From: Burkholderiales bacterium
Lineage (GTDB): Bacteria; Pseudomonadota; Gammaproteobacteria; Burkholderiales; SG8-39
DNA: 51,037 bases
Direction of reading: 5' to 3'
Assembly: GCA_035454645.1 (NCBI GenBank)
Contig: DATIGR010000261.1
Coordinates: 1 to 51,037 of the forward strand
Below are positions 26,433-36,855 of this stretch, piece by piece. Numbering within the stretch: the stretch's first letter is position 1; the number at the start of each line of letters is the position of its first letter. Below the pieces are notes generated by a model, which saw only the letters and a program-made list of their open reading frames with translations, had not been told where the DNA came from and ran no database searches. The position numbers and the translations under genes are program-made.

Positions 26433-26672
26433 GTGATTGATCCCAAGATGTTCGACGACTTGCGCAGCCGCATCGATGAGGCGCTGCGTAATTCCCCTGC
26501 ACAGGACATAGAGAAAAACCTGCGCGCGCTCCTCGCGGCATGGTTCGACCGGCTCGACCTGGTGCTGCGCGAGGATTTCGACGTGCAAAAGAAACTGCTC
26601 GAGCGCGCGCAGGCAAAGCTTGCCGAGCTCGAGGCGCGCATCGCCGAGCTCGAAGCGCGCAAGCCCCGGTAA
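26433..26672 (+). CDS. ubiK: Ubiquinone biosynthesis accessory factor UbiK (YqiC/BMFP family)
   Basis: 79 aa. GTG start giving MIDPKMFDDL, the same MIDPK start as E. coli YqiC as I recall it. LDLVLREDFDVQ is present, and there is a C-terminal coiled coil. Confidence 0.85.
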   Translation: MIDPKMFDDLRSRIDEALRNSPAQDIEKNLRALLAAWFDRLDLVLREDFDVQKKLLERAQAKLAELEARIAELEARKPR

Positions 26673-26723
26673 ACCGGGCGGCGCCCGCAAGCGTTCCTTT
26701 CTTAGTCGCCGAGAGGGGGAATC

Positions 26724-28223
<1,500 letters not shown>

Positions 28224-28329
28224 TCGCGCTTTCCCTACATCGATCGGACGTGCGGATAAGCCCGGTAAGCCCTTGAGATGAAATTCACAAAACTCAGGTT
28301 CGGCGGGGGCAGATTCACGTTTACTTCGC

Positions 28330-28677
28330 TTGCCGAGTGCGGGCAAATTTGCGCGAGCCGTGGGCGAAAGACAAACCGAAAGCCGTGCCGAGATCGTAGT
28401 GCGCCTGGAGCAGCGCACCGGGCGCACGCTGCGCACGCGCGCGGAGATCCAGGCCTATGTGCGGGAAGTCGCCGCGCACAGGGCCGCCGACCGGCCGTCG
28501 GTGCGGCGCTGGCTGCAGGTCAAGAAATTCACACTGATCGCGCTTCTCGCGTTCAGCTTCATGCAGTACTACATGCTGGACGTGCTGCTCGAGATCACCT
28601 CGATGCACAGCACCGTGTTCTTCGTGCCGGCGCGAGCGCCGGTGCTCCTCAAGTCCGCGATCCACGCGCTGGGCTGA
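28330..28677 (+). CDS. Hypothetical small membrane protein (start uncertain; GTG 28399 possible)
   Basis: High GC3 in this frame from about 28399 onward, unlike the overlapping 28278 frame. One predicted TM helix, FTLIALLAFSFMQYYMLDVLL. I recognise no family. Confidence 0.5.
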   Translation: MPSAGKFARAVGERQTESRAEIVVRLEQRTGRTLRTRAEIQAYVREVAAHRAADRPSVRRWLQVKKFTLIALLAFSFMQYYMLDVLLEITSMHSTVFFVPARAPVLLKSAIHALG

Positions 28678-28703
28678 GGGCGCCTGCGCTATAGTCGCCG
28701 CGC

Positions 28704-29522
28704 ATGGCGACGTACGCGATCGGCGACGTGCAAGGCTGCTACGACGAGTTGCAGCAGCTGTTACGGAAGGTCTCCTTCGACCCGGCGTCCGATCGGCTCT
28801 GGTTCGTCGGCGACTTGGTCAATCGCGGGCCGAAGTCGCTCGCAGTGCTGCGCTTCGTCAAGGGCCTCGCCGATCGAGCGGTCGTCGTATTGGGCAACCA
28901 CGACTTGCATCTCGTCGCGCAGCACGAAGGCATCGAGCGCGCGCACGCGGGCGACACCTTCGGCGACGTACTGGCATCGCCCGACGCGGCCGAGCTGGTC
29001 GCCTGGCTGCGGCGGCGCCCGATGATGCACGCCGAGGGCTCCTACGCAATGGTCCACGCCGGTCTGCTGCCGCAGTGGAGCGTCGCGAAAGCACTGTCGC
29101 TTGCCCGGGAAGTCGAGCGTGCGCTCGCGGAGCCCGGCTACCGCGACTTCCTCGAGCACATGTACGGGGCCGAGCCCGACCGATGGGACGACGCGCTCCA
29201 GGGCTGGGACCGGCTGCGGGTGATCGTGAATGCCATGACGCGGATGCGCTTCTGCGACCGCGCGGGCCGCATGGACCTGGAGGGCAAAGGCATCCAGCCG
29301 CGCCCGGGTTTTCTGCGCTGGTACGAGACCCGCCCGAGCGCCGACCCCTGCACGCTCGTCTTCGGCCACTGGTCGCAGCTCGGGCTGGTGCTCGAGCGCA
29401 CGCTCGTCGGGCTCGACAGCGGCTGCGTGTGGGGCAACGTGCTCAGCGCGCTGCGGCTCGAGGATCGCACCCTCCATCAGGTAGCATGCCCCGGCTACCG
29501 GACCCCGGGAGAAGAGGCGTGA
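28704..29522 (+). CDS. apaH: Bis(5'-nucleosyl)-tetraphosphatase, symmetrical (Ap4A hydrolase)
   Basis: 272 aa. Metallophosphatase motifs GDVQGCYDEL, GDLVNRGP and GNHD. Confidence 0.93.
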   Translation: MATYAIGDVQGCYDELQQLLRKVSFDPASDRLWFVGDLVNRGPKSLAVLRFVKGLADRAVVVLGNHDLHLVAQHEGIERAHAGDTFGDVLASPDAAELVAWLRRRPMMHAEGSYAMVHAGLLPQWSVAKALSLAREVERALAEPGYRDFLEHMYGAEPDRWDDALQGWDRLRVIVNAMTRMRFCDRAGRMDLEGKGIQPRPGFLRWYETRPSADPCTLVFGHWSQLGLVLERTLVGLDSGCVWGNVLSALRLEDRTLHQVACPGYRTPGEEA

Positions 29523-29938
29523 GCGATTGCGTGTTCTGCAGGATCGTGGCGCGGCAGATTCCGGCCACCGTGGTGCACGAGGACGAGCACACCCTTGCTT
29601 TCATGGACCTCGGCCAGGTGAATCCGGGGCACGTACTGGTGGCCGTCAAGTCGCACGTCGACAACATTTTCGGCCTGCAGCCCGCCCAGGCCGCGGCGGT
29701 CGCCCATGCAATGCTGCGGGTGGCGCACGCCATCCGCCAGGCCTTCGCACCGCACGGACTGTCGGTGTACCAGGCGAACGGAAGCGCGGCCGGGCAGACC
29801 GTGTTCCACTACCACGTGCACCTGGTTCCGCGCTACGAAGCCGACGGCATGGCGCTCACCTGGCCGGTGAAGAACCCGCCGCGCGAGAAGCTCGAAGAGT
29901 ACGCGGCGAAGATCAGAGCGTCACTTGCGCCACGGTGA
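29519..29938 (+). CDS. HIT-family (histidine triad) nucleotide hydrolase/transferase
   Basis: 139 aa from GTG 29519, which forms a GTGA overlap with the apaH stop. CVFCRIV near the N-terminus and the histidine triad HYHVHLVP. The upstream part of the track ORF from 29075 is an out-of-frame overlap with apaH. Confidence 0.88.
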   Translation: MSDCVFCRIVARQIPATVVHEDEHTLAFMDLGQVNPGHVLVAVKSHVDNIFGLQPAQAAAVAHAMLRVAHAIRQAFAPHGLSVYQANGSAAGQTVFHYHVHLVPRYEADGMALTWPVKNPPREKLEEYAAKIRASLAPR

Positions 29939-30862
29939 ATAGCCGAATGCGGCGCGGAACCGGCGTTCGATCTCCTCTTGCGTGGCGGCATGGTTCTGCG
30001 CGCCGCGCCGGGCGATCTTGAGCGCGCCCATCACGGCGCCGAGCTTGCCGGTGCTCGCCCAGTCCCAGCCGCACGCGATGCCGTAAAGCAGGCCCGCCCG
30101 GTAGGCGTCGCCGCAGCCGGTCGGATCGACCACTGCGTCGGCCCGCACGCACGGCACTTCGTAGCGCTTGCCGTCGGCGAGAATCAGCGAGCCTTTGGCG
30201 CCCAGCGTGCAGACGAGCGCCGTCACCTCGCGCGCCAGGGCCTCGAGCTTGCGTCCGGTCTTCTCTTCCAGCAGCTTGCCTTCGTAGTCGTTCAGCGCGA
30301 CGTACTCGGCAAGGCGCAGGAACTCGCCGAGCTCATCGGCCGAGAACATCGGCAGACCCTGGCCGGGGTCGAACAGGAACGGCACGCCGGCCGCGGCGCA
30401 CTCGCGCGCATGCTGCAGCATGCCTTCCTTGCCGTCGGGCGCGATGATCGCGAGGCGCGCGCCGAGCTCGCGCGTGACGTGGTTCGCGTGCGAATGATTC
30501 ATCGCACCGGGGTGGAAGGCGGTGATCTGGTTGTCGTCGAGGTCGGTGGTAATGAAGGCCTGCGCGGTGAACTGGCCCGGCACCCGGGCGAGCAGCCGCG
30601 TTGGAATGCCGAGGTCCTCGAGTCGCTCGAGGTACGGCTGGATGTCTTCCCCGACCGTCGCCATGACGAGCGGCTGCTCGCCGAGCAGCTTCAGGTTGTA
30701 GCCGATGTTGCCCGCGGTGCCGCCGAACTCGCGGCGCATCTCGGGCGTCAGGAAGCACACGTTGAGGATGTGCAGCTGGTCGGCAAGGAGGTGGTTTCGA
30801 AAGCGATCGGGGAACACCATGATGGTGTCGTAGGCGATCGATCCGGTGACGAGGATGCTCAT
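29921..30862 (-). CDS. PfkB-family carbohydrate/nucleoside kinase (adenosine-kinase-like)
   Basis: 313 aa. GGTAGNIGYNL and the PfkB signature DPTGCGDAYRAG. Its 3' end overlaps the convergent HIT gene by 18 nt. Confidence 0.85.
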   Translation of the reverse strand: MSILVTGSIAYDTIMVFPDRFRNHLLADQLHILNVCFLTPEMRREFGGTAGNIGYNLKLLGEQPLVMATVGEDIQPYLERLEDLGIPTRLLARVPGQFTAQAFITTDLDDNQITAFHPGAMNHSHANHVTRELGARLAIIAPDGKEGMLQHARECAAAGVPFLFDPGQGLPMFSADELGEFLRLAEYVALNDYEGKLLEEKTGRKLEALAREVTALVCTLGAKGSLILADGKRYEVPCVRADAVVDPTGCGDAYRAGLLYGIACGWDWASTGKLGAVMGALKIARRGAQNHAATQEEIERRFRAAFGYSPWRK

Positions 30863-31608
30863 GCGGGGTAGAAGAGGTAGAGACGATAGCTGGTGACGCG
30901 GGCGCCGCTCGAGTCGAGGAACACGCGCAGCGCCGCCTCGGCGCCGGCCGCGATGCCGGTCCGCGCGCGTTCGGGATCGACATAGTCCCCCGGCAGCAGC
31001 ACGCGCCGCAGCACCGGCTGGCCGCCCTCGTCGGTCAGGGTGAGCTCGAGTGCCGGGTACTGCTGCGGCAGGCGTGAGCGGTTGCGGATCAAGGCGTGCA
31101 GCACGATGACGTTCTGCCGGCGAGGATCAGCTTGAAGGTCGGACGATTCGATGCTCAAGGCTTCGACGCGCCGTGGCAGCGCCACGGTGCAGCCCAGCCG
31201 CTCACAGGCCGCCACGAGCGGCGCGCGCGCTTGCGGCACGTACGCTGCGATCTCGGCGCGGTAGCGGTATACCGCTTGCGCCGCGAGCCCCACGGCGGCC
31301 GCGAGCGCCGCCACGGCCCAGAGCCATGCGAGGCTGCGCGGGGGTGCATCAGGCGCCATGAACTCCGGCAGCGGGGCGTCGTCCGCTGCCCTCGCCGGCT
31401 GCGGCAGCCGGCGCGACGGGTCGAACAGGCCGAGCTGCGGCGAAGGATCGAACGACGGCCGCTCGGCGCCCTCCTCGACCAGCGCGGCCACGCCGTTGAA
31501 CACGCCGCCGCACTTGCCGCAGCGCACGGTGCCGAAATGCGCGGCGAGTTGCTCGCGCTGCACCCGGAAAGCGGTGCCGCACGCGGGGCAGCGGGTGATC
31601 AGGTTCAT
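30859..31608 (-). CDS. MJ0042-type zinc-ribbon plus DUF3426 domain protein
   Basis: 249 aa. N-terminus [21 protein letters not shown]...VRCGKCGGVF, one TM segment (LAWLWAVAALAAAVGLAA), and a C-terminal DUF3426-like beta domain. Confidence 0.75.
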   Translation of the reverse strand: MNLITRCPACGTAFRVQREQLAAHFGTVRCGKCGGVFNGVAALVEEGAERPSFDPSPQLGLFDPSRRLPQPARAADDAPLPEFMAPDAPPRSLAWLWAVAALAAAVGLAAQAVYRYRAEIAAYVPQARAPLVAACERLGCTVALPRRVEALSIESSDLQADPRRQNVIVLHALIRNRSRLPQQYPALELTLTDEGGQPVLRRVLLPGDYVDPERARTGIAAGAEAALRVFLDSSGARVTSYRLYLFYPA

Positions 31609-32417
31609 TTGCGCGCGCCCGCGAGCAGAGCCCAGCCCTCGTCACGGCCGGTGATTGCCACGTCGAACCACGGCGCGTATGCCTGCGCGACCTCCGCCGC
31701 CTGCGTCTCCAGGATTCCAGAGAGCGCGACACTCGCGCCGCGCTGCGCGAACAGCGGCGCGAGCTCGATCAGCGGCTGGGCAAGGATGTTGGCCACGACG
31801 ACATCGTAATCGGCAAGCGGCAGTGCATCGGGCAGCGCCGCGGTCAGCGCCACGGCATTCGCGCGCGCATTCGCGCGCGTCGTCTCGACCGCCCCGGGGT
31901 CGAGATCCACCGCGTCGACCTGCCTCGCGCCGAGCTTGGCGGCGGCGATTGCCAATATACCGGAGCCGCAGCCGTAGTCGAGAACGCGCTCGCCGCCCTG
32001 GAGGGTCTTCTCCAGAAATGCGAGAACCAGTCTGGTGCTCGCATGGCAGCCGGTGCCGAAGGCGAGGCCGGGGTCGATGCGTATCGCGATGCGCCCGGCG
32101 GGCGCCCGGTGCCAGCTTGCCCCGATCCAGAGGCGCTCGCCGACCTCGGTCGGCGAGAACTGCGCCTGGCTCGCGCGCACCCAGTCGCGGTCGGCGATCG
32201 TCTCGATCTTGAACGCTGGCGGCGCGATTCCCGCAGCGCGCGCAGCGTACGCGACCAGCGCCTCGGGTCGGCTGTCGGGAGCGAGAAGCGCGGCGAGCGT
32301 CTGCGTTTCGATGCCTTCGAGCGACACCGACTGCGCGCCCGCTTCGAGCAGCGCGTCGCTGAACGCCTCCGCCGCCGCGCCCTCGACGCGCAGCGTGAGC
32401 GCGAGCCAGGGCATCAC
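31605..32417 (-). CDS. prmA: Ribosomal protein L11 methyltransferase
   Basis: 270 aa. Motifs: [36 protein letters not shown] and VVANIL. Conserved position after accBC. Confidence 0.88.
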   Translation of the reverse strand: MMPWLALTLRVEGAAAEAFSDALLEAGAQSVSLEGIETQTLAALLAPDSRPEALVAYAARAAGIAPPAFKIETIADRDWVRASQAQFSPTEVGERLWIGASWHRAPAGRIAIRIDPGLAFGTGCHASTRLVLAFLEKTLQGGERVLDYGCGSGILAIAAAKLGARQVDAVDLDPGAVETTRANARANAVALTAALPDALPLADYDVVVANILAQPLIELAPLFAQRGASVALSGILETQAAEVAQAYAPWFDVAITGRDEGWALLAGARK

Positions 32418-33772
32418 TTCCTCTTCTTTTCCTCTTGCGCGAGCTTCTGCTCGAGGTAGTGGATCGACACGCCGCCCCTCAGGATGCGCGTGTCGTTGAG
32501 CAGCTCGCGGTGCAGCGGGATATTGGTCTGGATGCCCTCCACGACCATCTCCGAGAGCGCAATGCGCATGCGCGCGAGCGCCTGGTCGCGGGTCGCCCCG
32601 AAGGCGATCACCTTACCGACCATCGAGTCATAGTTCGGCGGCACGGTATAGCCCTGGTAGACGTGCGAATCGACGCGGATGCCCGGCCCGCCGGGCGGAT
32701 GGTAGGAAGTGATCCTGCCCGGCGAGGGGGTGAAGCGGTACGGATCCTCGGCGTTGATGCGGCATTCGATGGCGTGGCCGCGGATCTGCACGTCCTTCTG
32801 GCGCAGGTGCAGCTTTTCGCCCGCCGCGATGTAGATCTGCTCCTGCACCAGGTCGACACCGGTGACCATCTCGGTCACCGGGTGCTCCACCTGGATGCGG
32901 GTGTTCATCTCGATGAAGTAGAACTCGCCGTCCTCGTAGAGGAATTCGAAAGTTCCGGCGCCGCGGTAGCCGATCCTGCGGCACGCATCGACGCAGCGCT
33001 CACCGATCTTGTCGCGCAGCTTGGTCGGCAGCTCGGGCGCGGGCGCCTCCTCGAGCACCTTCTGGTGGCGCCGCTGCAGCGAGCAGTCGCGCTCGCCCAG
33101 ATGCACCGCGTTCTTGTGGGCATCGGCCAGCACCTGGATCTCGATGTGCCGCGGCTGCTCGAGGTAGCGCTCGAGATAGACCACCGGGTTGGCGAACGCC
33201 GCCTGCGCCTCGCTGCGGGTCATGTTGACCGCGTTGAGCAACGCCGCCTCGGTATGCACGACCCGCATGCCGCGCCCGCCGCCGCCGCCGGCCGCCTTGA
33301 TGATCACGGGATAGCCGATCTTGCGCGCGATGCGCACGATCTCCTTGGGATCGTCGGGCAGCGCGCCCTCGGAGCCGGGTACGGTCGGAATTCCGGCCTT
33401 GGCCATCGCCGCCTTGGCGCTCACCTTGTCGCCCATCAGGCGGATGTTCTCCGGCCGCGGGCCGATGAACACGAACCCGGAGCGTTCCACCTTCTCGGCG
33501 AAGTCGGCGTTCTCGGCGAGGAAGCCGTAGCCGGGATGGATCGCCTCGGCGTCGGTCACCTCGGCGGCGCTGATGATCGCGGGGATGTTCAGATAGCTCG
33601 CCGCCGCTGGCGGCGGGCCGATGCACACCGACTCATCGGCGAGCTTCACGTACTTTGCCTCGGTATCGGCTTCAGAGTGCACGACCACCGTGCGGATGCC
33701 GAGCTCGCGGCAGGCGCGCTGGATGCGCAGCGCGATCTCGCCCCGGTTGGCGATCAGGATCTTTTCGAACAT
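32414..33772 (-). CDS. accC: Acetyl-CoA carboxylase, biotin carboxylase subunit
   Basis: 452 aa. [17 protein letters not shown], the ATP-grasp GGGGRGMR and [14 protein letters not shown]. Confidence 0.97.
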   Translation of the reverse strand: MFEKILIANRGEIALRIQRACRELGIRTVVVHSEADTEAKYVKLADESVCIGPPPAAASYLNIPAIISAAEVTDAEAIHPGYGFLAENADFAEKVERSGFVFIGPRPENIRLMGDKVSAKAAMAKAGIPTVPGSEGALPDDPKEIVRIARKIGYPVIIKAAGGGGGRGMRVVHTEAALLNAVNMTRSEAQAAFANPVVYLERYLEQPRHIEIQVLADAHKNAVHLGERDCSLQRRHQKVLEEAPAPELPTKLRDKIGERCVDACRRIGYRGAGTFEFLYEDGEFYFIEMNTRIQVEHPVTEMVTGVDLVQEQIYIAAGEKLHLRQKDVQIRGHAIECRINAEDPYRFTPSPGRITSYHPPGGPGIRVDSHVYQGYTVPPNYDSMVGKVIAFGATRDQALARMRIALSEMVVEGIQTNIPLHRELLNDTRILRGGVSIHYLEQKLAQEEKKRK

Positions 33773-34243
33773 CTAGCCGAGGATGAAGAGCGGCTGGCCG
33801 TACTCCACCGGCTGCCCGTTCTCCACCAGGATCGCCTTGACTACGCCCGAAGCATCCGCCTCGATTTCGTTCATGAGCTTCATCGCTTCGATGATGCAGA
33901 TCGTGTCGCCCTCTTTCACCGCCTGGCCGACCTCGATGAAAGGCTTGGCGTCGGGCGAGGGCGAGCGGTAGAACGTGCCGACCATGGGAGCCTTGACCAG
34001 ATGGCCTTCCTGGCCGGGCTCGGCCTCCGCGGCCGCAGCCGCGGCCGGGGTGGCGGCCCCAGCCGGCACCGCCGCAGCCGCAACGGGCGGCGAGACAACC
34101 GCAGCCGCCGGGCTGGCGCCTGCGACGGCAACGGCGCCGCCCTTGACGATCTTCACCTTTTCCTCGCCCTCGGTGATCTCGAGCTCCGCGATGCCCGATT
34201 CCTGTACGAGGTCGATCAGCTTCTTCAGCTTGCGCAGGTCCAT
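33773..34243 (-). CDS. accB: Acetyl-CoA carboxylase, biotin carboxyl carrier protein
   Basis: 156 aa. Ala/Pro-rich linker and the biotinylation motif [10 protein letters not shown]. Confidence 0.96.
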   Translation of the reverse strand: MDLRKLKKLIDLVQESGIAELEITEGEEKVKIVKGGAVAVAGASPAAAVVSPPVAAAAVPAGAATPAAAAAAEAEPGQEGHLVKAPMVGTFYRSPSPDAKPFIEVGQAVKEGDTICIIEAMKLMNEIEADASGVVKAILVENGQPVEYGQPLFILG

Positions 34244-34319
34244 TGGTGCTCCTCGAGGATCGGACAGAACCGGCTAGAAGCCGGCTTTTTCGCCGTCGTT
34301 CGCGGTAGAACGAAGCATC

Positions 34320-34844
34320 TTATCCAGTCAAGCTTGCCAGGACCTGTCGTAGCTCGGCGTCAGTGAACGCACCGAGCTTGCGCCCCACCACCGCTCCGCT
34401 ACTGTCCAGGGCCACGGTATAAGGCAGCCCCCCGCTCGCATTACCGAGCTTCCGAATAATACTAAGCAAGGTAGGGTCGCCTACCAGCAATGGATAGTTG
34501 ATCTTGTAGATGGCCGCGAATTCGCTGATCTTATCAGCGCGATCTATACCGATACCTACTATTTCAGGACCTGAAGGTGGGAGTTGTTGCTTTGCAGCAA
34601 CCAGCATGGGTACCTCCTCCCGGCACGGGGCGCACCACGTCGCCCAGAAGTTGCACAACAGCGCCCTGCCCTGCCATTCGAGTAGCCGGCGCGGCCTGCC
34701 GTCGAGGTCGTAGAGCTTGGCCGCGAGGAGCTCGGCTGCCCCGCCTTGCGACTGCAGGTAGAAGACCCCGGAGAGCGCTCCGGCTGCGGCCGCGGCGACC
34801 CCGACGCCGGCCAGGATCAGCGTGTCACGCCGCCGGTTCGCCAT
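34320..34844 (-). CDS. TlpA-family thiol:disulfide oxidoreductase (thioredoxin fold, membrane-anchored)
   Basis: 174 aa. N-terminal anchor, then FWATWCAPCREEVP (CxxC motif). Confidence 0.85.
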   Translation of the reverse strand: MANRRRDTLILAGVGVAAAAAGALSGVFYLQSQGGAAELLAAKLYDLDGRPRRLLEWQGRALLCNFWATWCAPCREEVPMLVAAKQQLPPSGPEIVGIGIDRADKISEFAAIYKINYPLLVGDPTLLSIIRKLGNASGGLPYTVALDSSGAVVGRKLGAFTDAELRQVLASLTG

Positions 34845-35463
34845 CGCGCAGCAGCGCTCCGACCTCGGCGATGCCGGCGCGATCCATGACCCGCCCGGCC
34901 TGCGAAGTCTTCAGCGCGAGGCGCTCGTCGCGCGGGTCGAACACCGAGAGCTTGAGCGGCGCATCCTGCCAGCTGAGCGACAGCACGCTCATGGCATGCG
35001 CGCGGTCGCCCGAGAAGCGCCGCCCCTCGTGCGTCGCGTACGGGATTCGGCGCTCGAGCAGGAAGATCTCGACCTCCTTCGCGCTTTCCGGGAAAAGCTG
35101 CAGCTCGATCTCGGCGTATCGGCCGGCCGTGCCCTTCAGCACCGGCCCGACGAGGTACGGGCTGAAGCGCTCCAGGGCGCGCATGGCATCGAGCGCGATG
35201 CGGCGCAGCTCGGCGATGCGGCGCGAATGCTCTTGCGGCTGGTAGAGCGCGCGATAGGCGCGCAGCTCGGCTTCCACCTCGTCATTCGCCGGCAGCGCCT
35301 CGGTCTCCTCAGCACCGAGCTGGCGCGCGGCCTTGCGCTTGGCGAGGGCGAAGTCGTCGATGTCGTCCTCGGCCATGATGCGCGCGGCGGTGGCGGCAAT
35401 GCGCGCGCGCATTCCTTGGTTGCGCGCGCGTATTGCGGTCTGTCGAGTGCCCTTGCGGCCCAC
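34825..35463 (-). CDS. Conserved hypothetical protein (function unknown; start uncertain)
   Basis: 212 aa with consistently high GC3. GTG start at 35463, and its stop overlaps the tlpA start by 20 nt. Basic N-terminus. I recognise no confident family. Confidence 0.6.
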   Translation of the reverse strand: MGRKGTRQTAIRARNQGMRARIAATAARIMAEDDIDDFALAKRKAARQLGAEETEALPANDEVEAELRAYRALYQPQEHSRRIAELRRIALDAMRALERFSPYLVGPVLKGTAGRYAEIELQLFPESAKEVEIFLLERRIPYATHEGRRFSGDRAHAMSVLSLSWQDAPLKLSVFDPRDERLALKTSQAGRVMDRAGIAEVGALLRDGEPAA

Positions 35464-35496
35464 GCCCGCGATTCAATCATAGAATCTCGGGCCTTC

Positions 35497-36855
35497 ATGG
35501 CCGCGCATCTCCACATCCTCGGTATCTGCGGGACGTTCATGGGCGGGATCGCCGCTATCGCCAAGGGCGCCGGTTACCGGGTCACCGGCTGCGACGCCAA
35601 CGTCTATCCCCCGATGAGCGATCAGCTTCGCGCCCTCGGGATCGAGCTGACCGAGGGATTCGGCCCCGAGCAGCTCAAGCTGCGCCCCGACGTGTGGGTC
35701 ATCGGCAACGTCGTGACGCGCGGAAACCCGCTCATGGAGGCGATCCTCGATGCCGGGGAGCGCTACGTCTCGGGTCCGCAGTGGTTTGCCGACCAGGTCC
35801 TGATGGGGAAGCATGTGCTCGCTGTCGCCGGCACGCACGGCAAGACCACGGTTTCCGCGATGCTCGCCTGGATTCTGGAGCGCGCGGGGCAAGCGCCGGG
35901 CTTCCTTATCGGCGGGGTGCCGACCGACTTTCCGGTCTCCGCCCGCCTGACCTCATCACGGCTCTTCGTCATCGAGGCGGATGAGTACGACACGGCCTTC
36001 TTCGACAAGCGATCCAAGTTCGTCCACTACCGCCCCAGAACCGCCATTCTCAACAATATCGAGTTTGATCATGCTGACATCTTCGATGATCTTGCAGCCA
36101 TCGAGCGTCAATTTCACCATTTCGTGAGGACCGTACCGAGGTCCGGCAGGGTAATCGCGAACGGCGCGGATGAGAGTGTGAAGCGAGTGCTTACCTTAGG
36201 GTGTTGGGCTCCAGTGGAAGCCTTCGGAGTGGCCGATGGGTGGCAAGCAGGAGAGGCGGATGCTGACGGGGCGTTCGAGGTTGCTCTCGCAGGCCGCTCG
36301 ATCGGCCGGGTGCGATGGTCGCTTCTCGGGGTGCATAACATCATGAACGCGTTGGCTGCGATTGCCGCGGCGCGCCACGTCGGGGTCGAATCGGCGACGG
36401 CGATCGAAGCGCTGGGCGCCTTCGGCGGGGTACGCCGCCGGATGCAGGTGCGCGGGCAGGCGAGCGGGGTCACCGTCTACGATGATTTCGCCCACCATCC
36501 CACCGCGATCCGCACGACGCTCGAAGGGCTGCGGCGCAGGGTAGGCAAGGCCCGCATCCTGGCGGTGCTCGAGCCGCGCTCGAACACGATGCGCCGCGGC
36601 GTGATGAAGGACCTGCTGCCGCCGAGCGTCGCCCAGGCCGACCGCGTCTATGTCTACAGCTCGGGGCTCGGCTGGGACGCGCGCTCGCTGTTCGCACTGC
36701 TCGGGCCGCGGGCGCGCTGCGAGGACGATCTGGAGTCGTTGATCGGCGCGGTCGCGGCCGAGGCGCGGGCAGGGGACCACGTGGTGATCATGTCGAACGG
36801 CGCCTTCGGGGCGATTCACGAGAAACTGCTTGATCGTCTATCTGCACGGATTTAA
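35497..36855 (+). CDS. mpl: UDP-N-acetylmuramate:L-alanyl-gamma-D-glutamyl-meso-diaminopimelate ligase
   Basis: 452 aa from ATG 35497. MAAHLHILGICGTFMGGIAAIAKGAGYRVTGCDANVYPPMS is a typical Mpl N-terminus, followed by the Mur ligase P-loop VAGTHGKTT. The 225 upstream codons of the track ORF are antisense to the neighbouring gene. Confidence 0.92.
   Translation: MAAHLHILGICGTFMGGIAAIAKGAGYRVTGCDANVYPPMSDQLRALGIELTEGFGPEQLKLRPDVWVIGNVVTRGNPLMEAILDAGERYVSGPQWFADQVLMGKHVLAVAGTHGKTTVSAMLAWILERAGQAPGFLIGGVPTDFPVSARLTSSRLFVIEADEYDTAFFDKRSKFVHYRPRTAILNNIEFDHADIFDDLAAIERQFHHFVRTVPRSGRVIANGADESVKRVLTLGCWAPVEAFGVADGWQAGEADADGAFEVALAGRSIGRVRWSLLGVHNIMNALAAIAAARHVGVESATAIEALGAFGGVRRRMQVRGQASGVTVYDDFAHHPTAIRTTLEGLRRRVGKARILAVLEPRSNTMRRGVMKDLLPPSVAQADRVYVYSSGLGWDARSLFALLGPRARCEDDLESLIGAVAAEARAGDHVVIMSNGAFGAIHEKLLDRLSARI

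Noticed and set aside
28280-28533. Exact 10-mer GAAATTCACA at 28280-28289 and 28524-28533, plus AGATTCACG at 28311-28319.
   Set aside because: There are only two exact copies, one of them inside the coding frame (KKFTL). There is no dyad symmetry or regular spacing. Chance recurrence in the locally AT-richer DNA is the simplest explanation.
28278-28694. 138-aa ORF starting with MKFTKLRFGGG.
   Set aside because: This frame has low third-position GC and an Arg/Ala-rich, low-information translation. The overlapping 28330 frame has the coding-like composition.
34270-34290. Hairpin CCGGC-tagaa-GCCGG followed by CTTTTT between tlpA and accB, which looks like a terminator.
   Set aside because: The T-run is on the plus strand, but both flanking genes are on the minus strand. 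The stem is only 5 bp, and on the minus strand it is followed by a weak UUCUGU. It is not convincing as a terminator in either direction.
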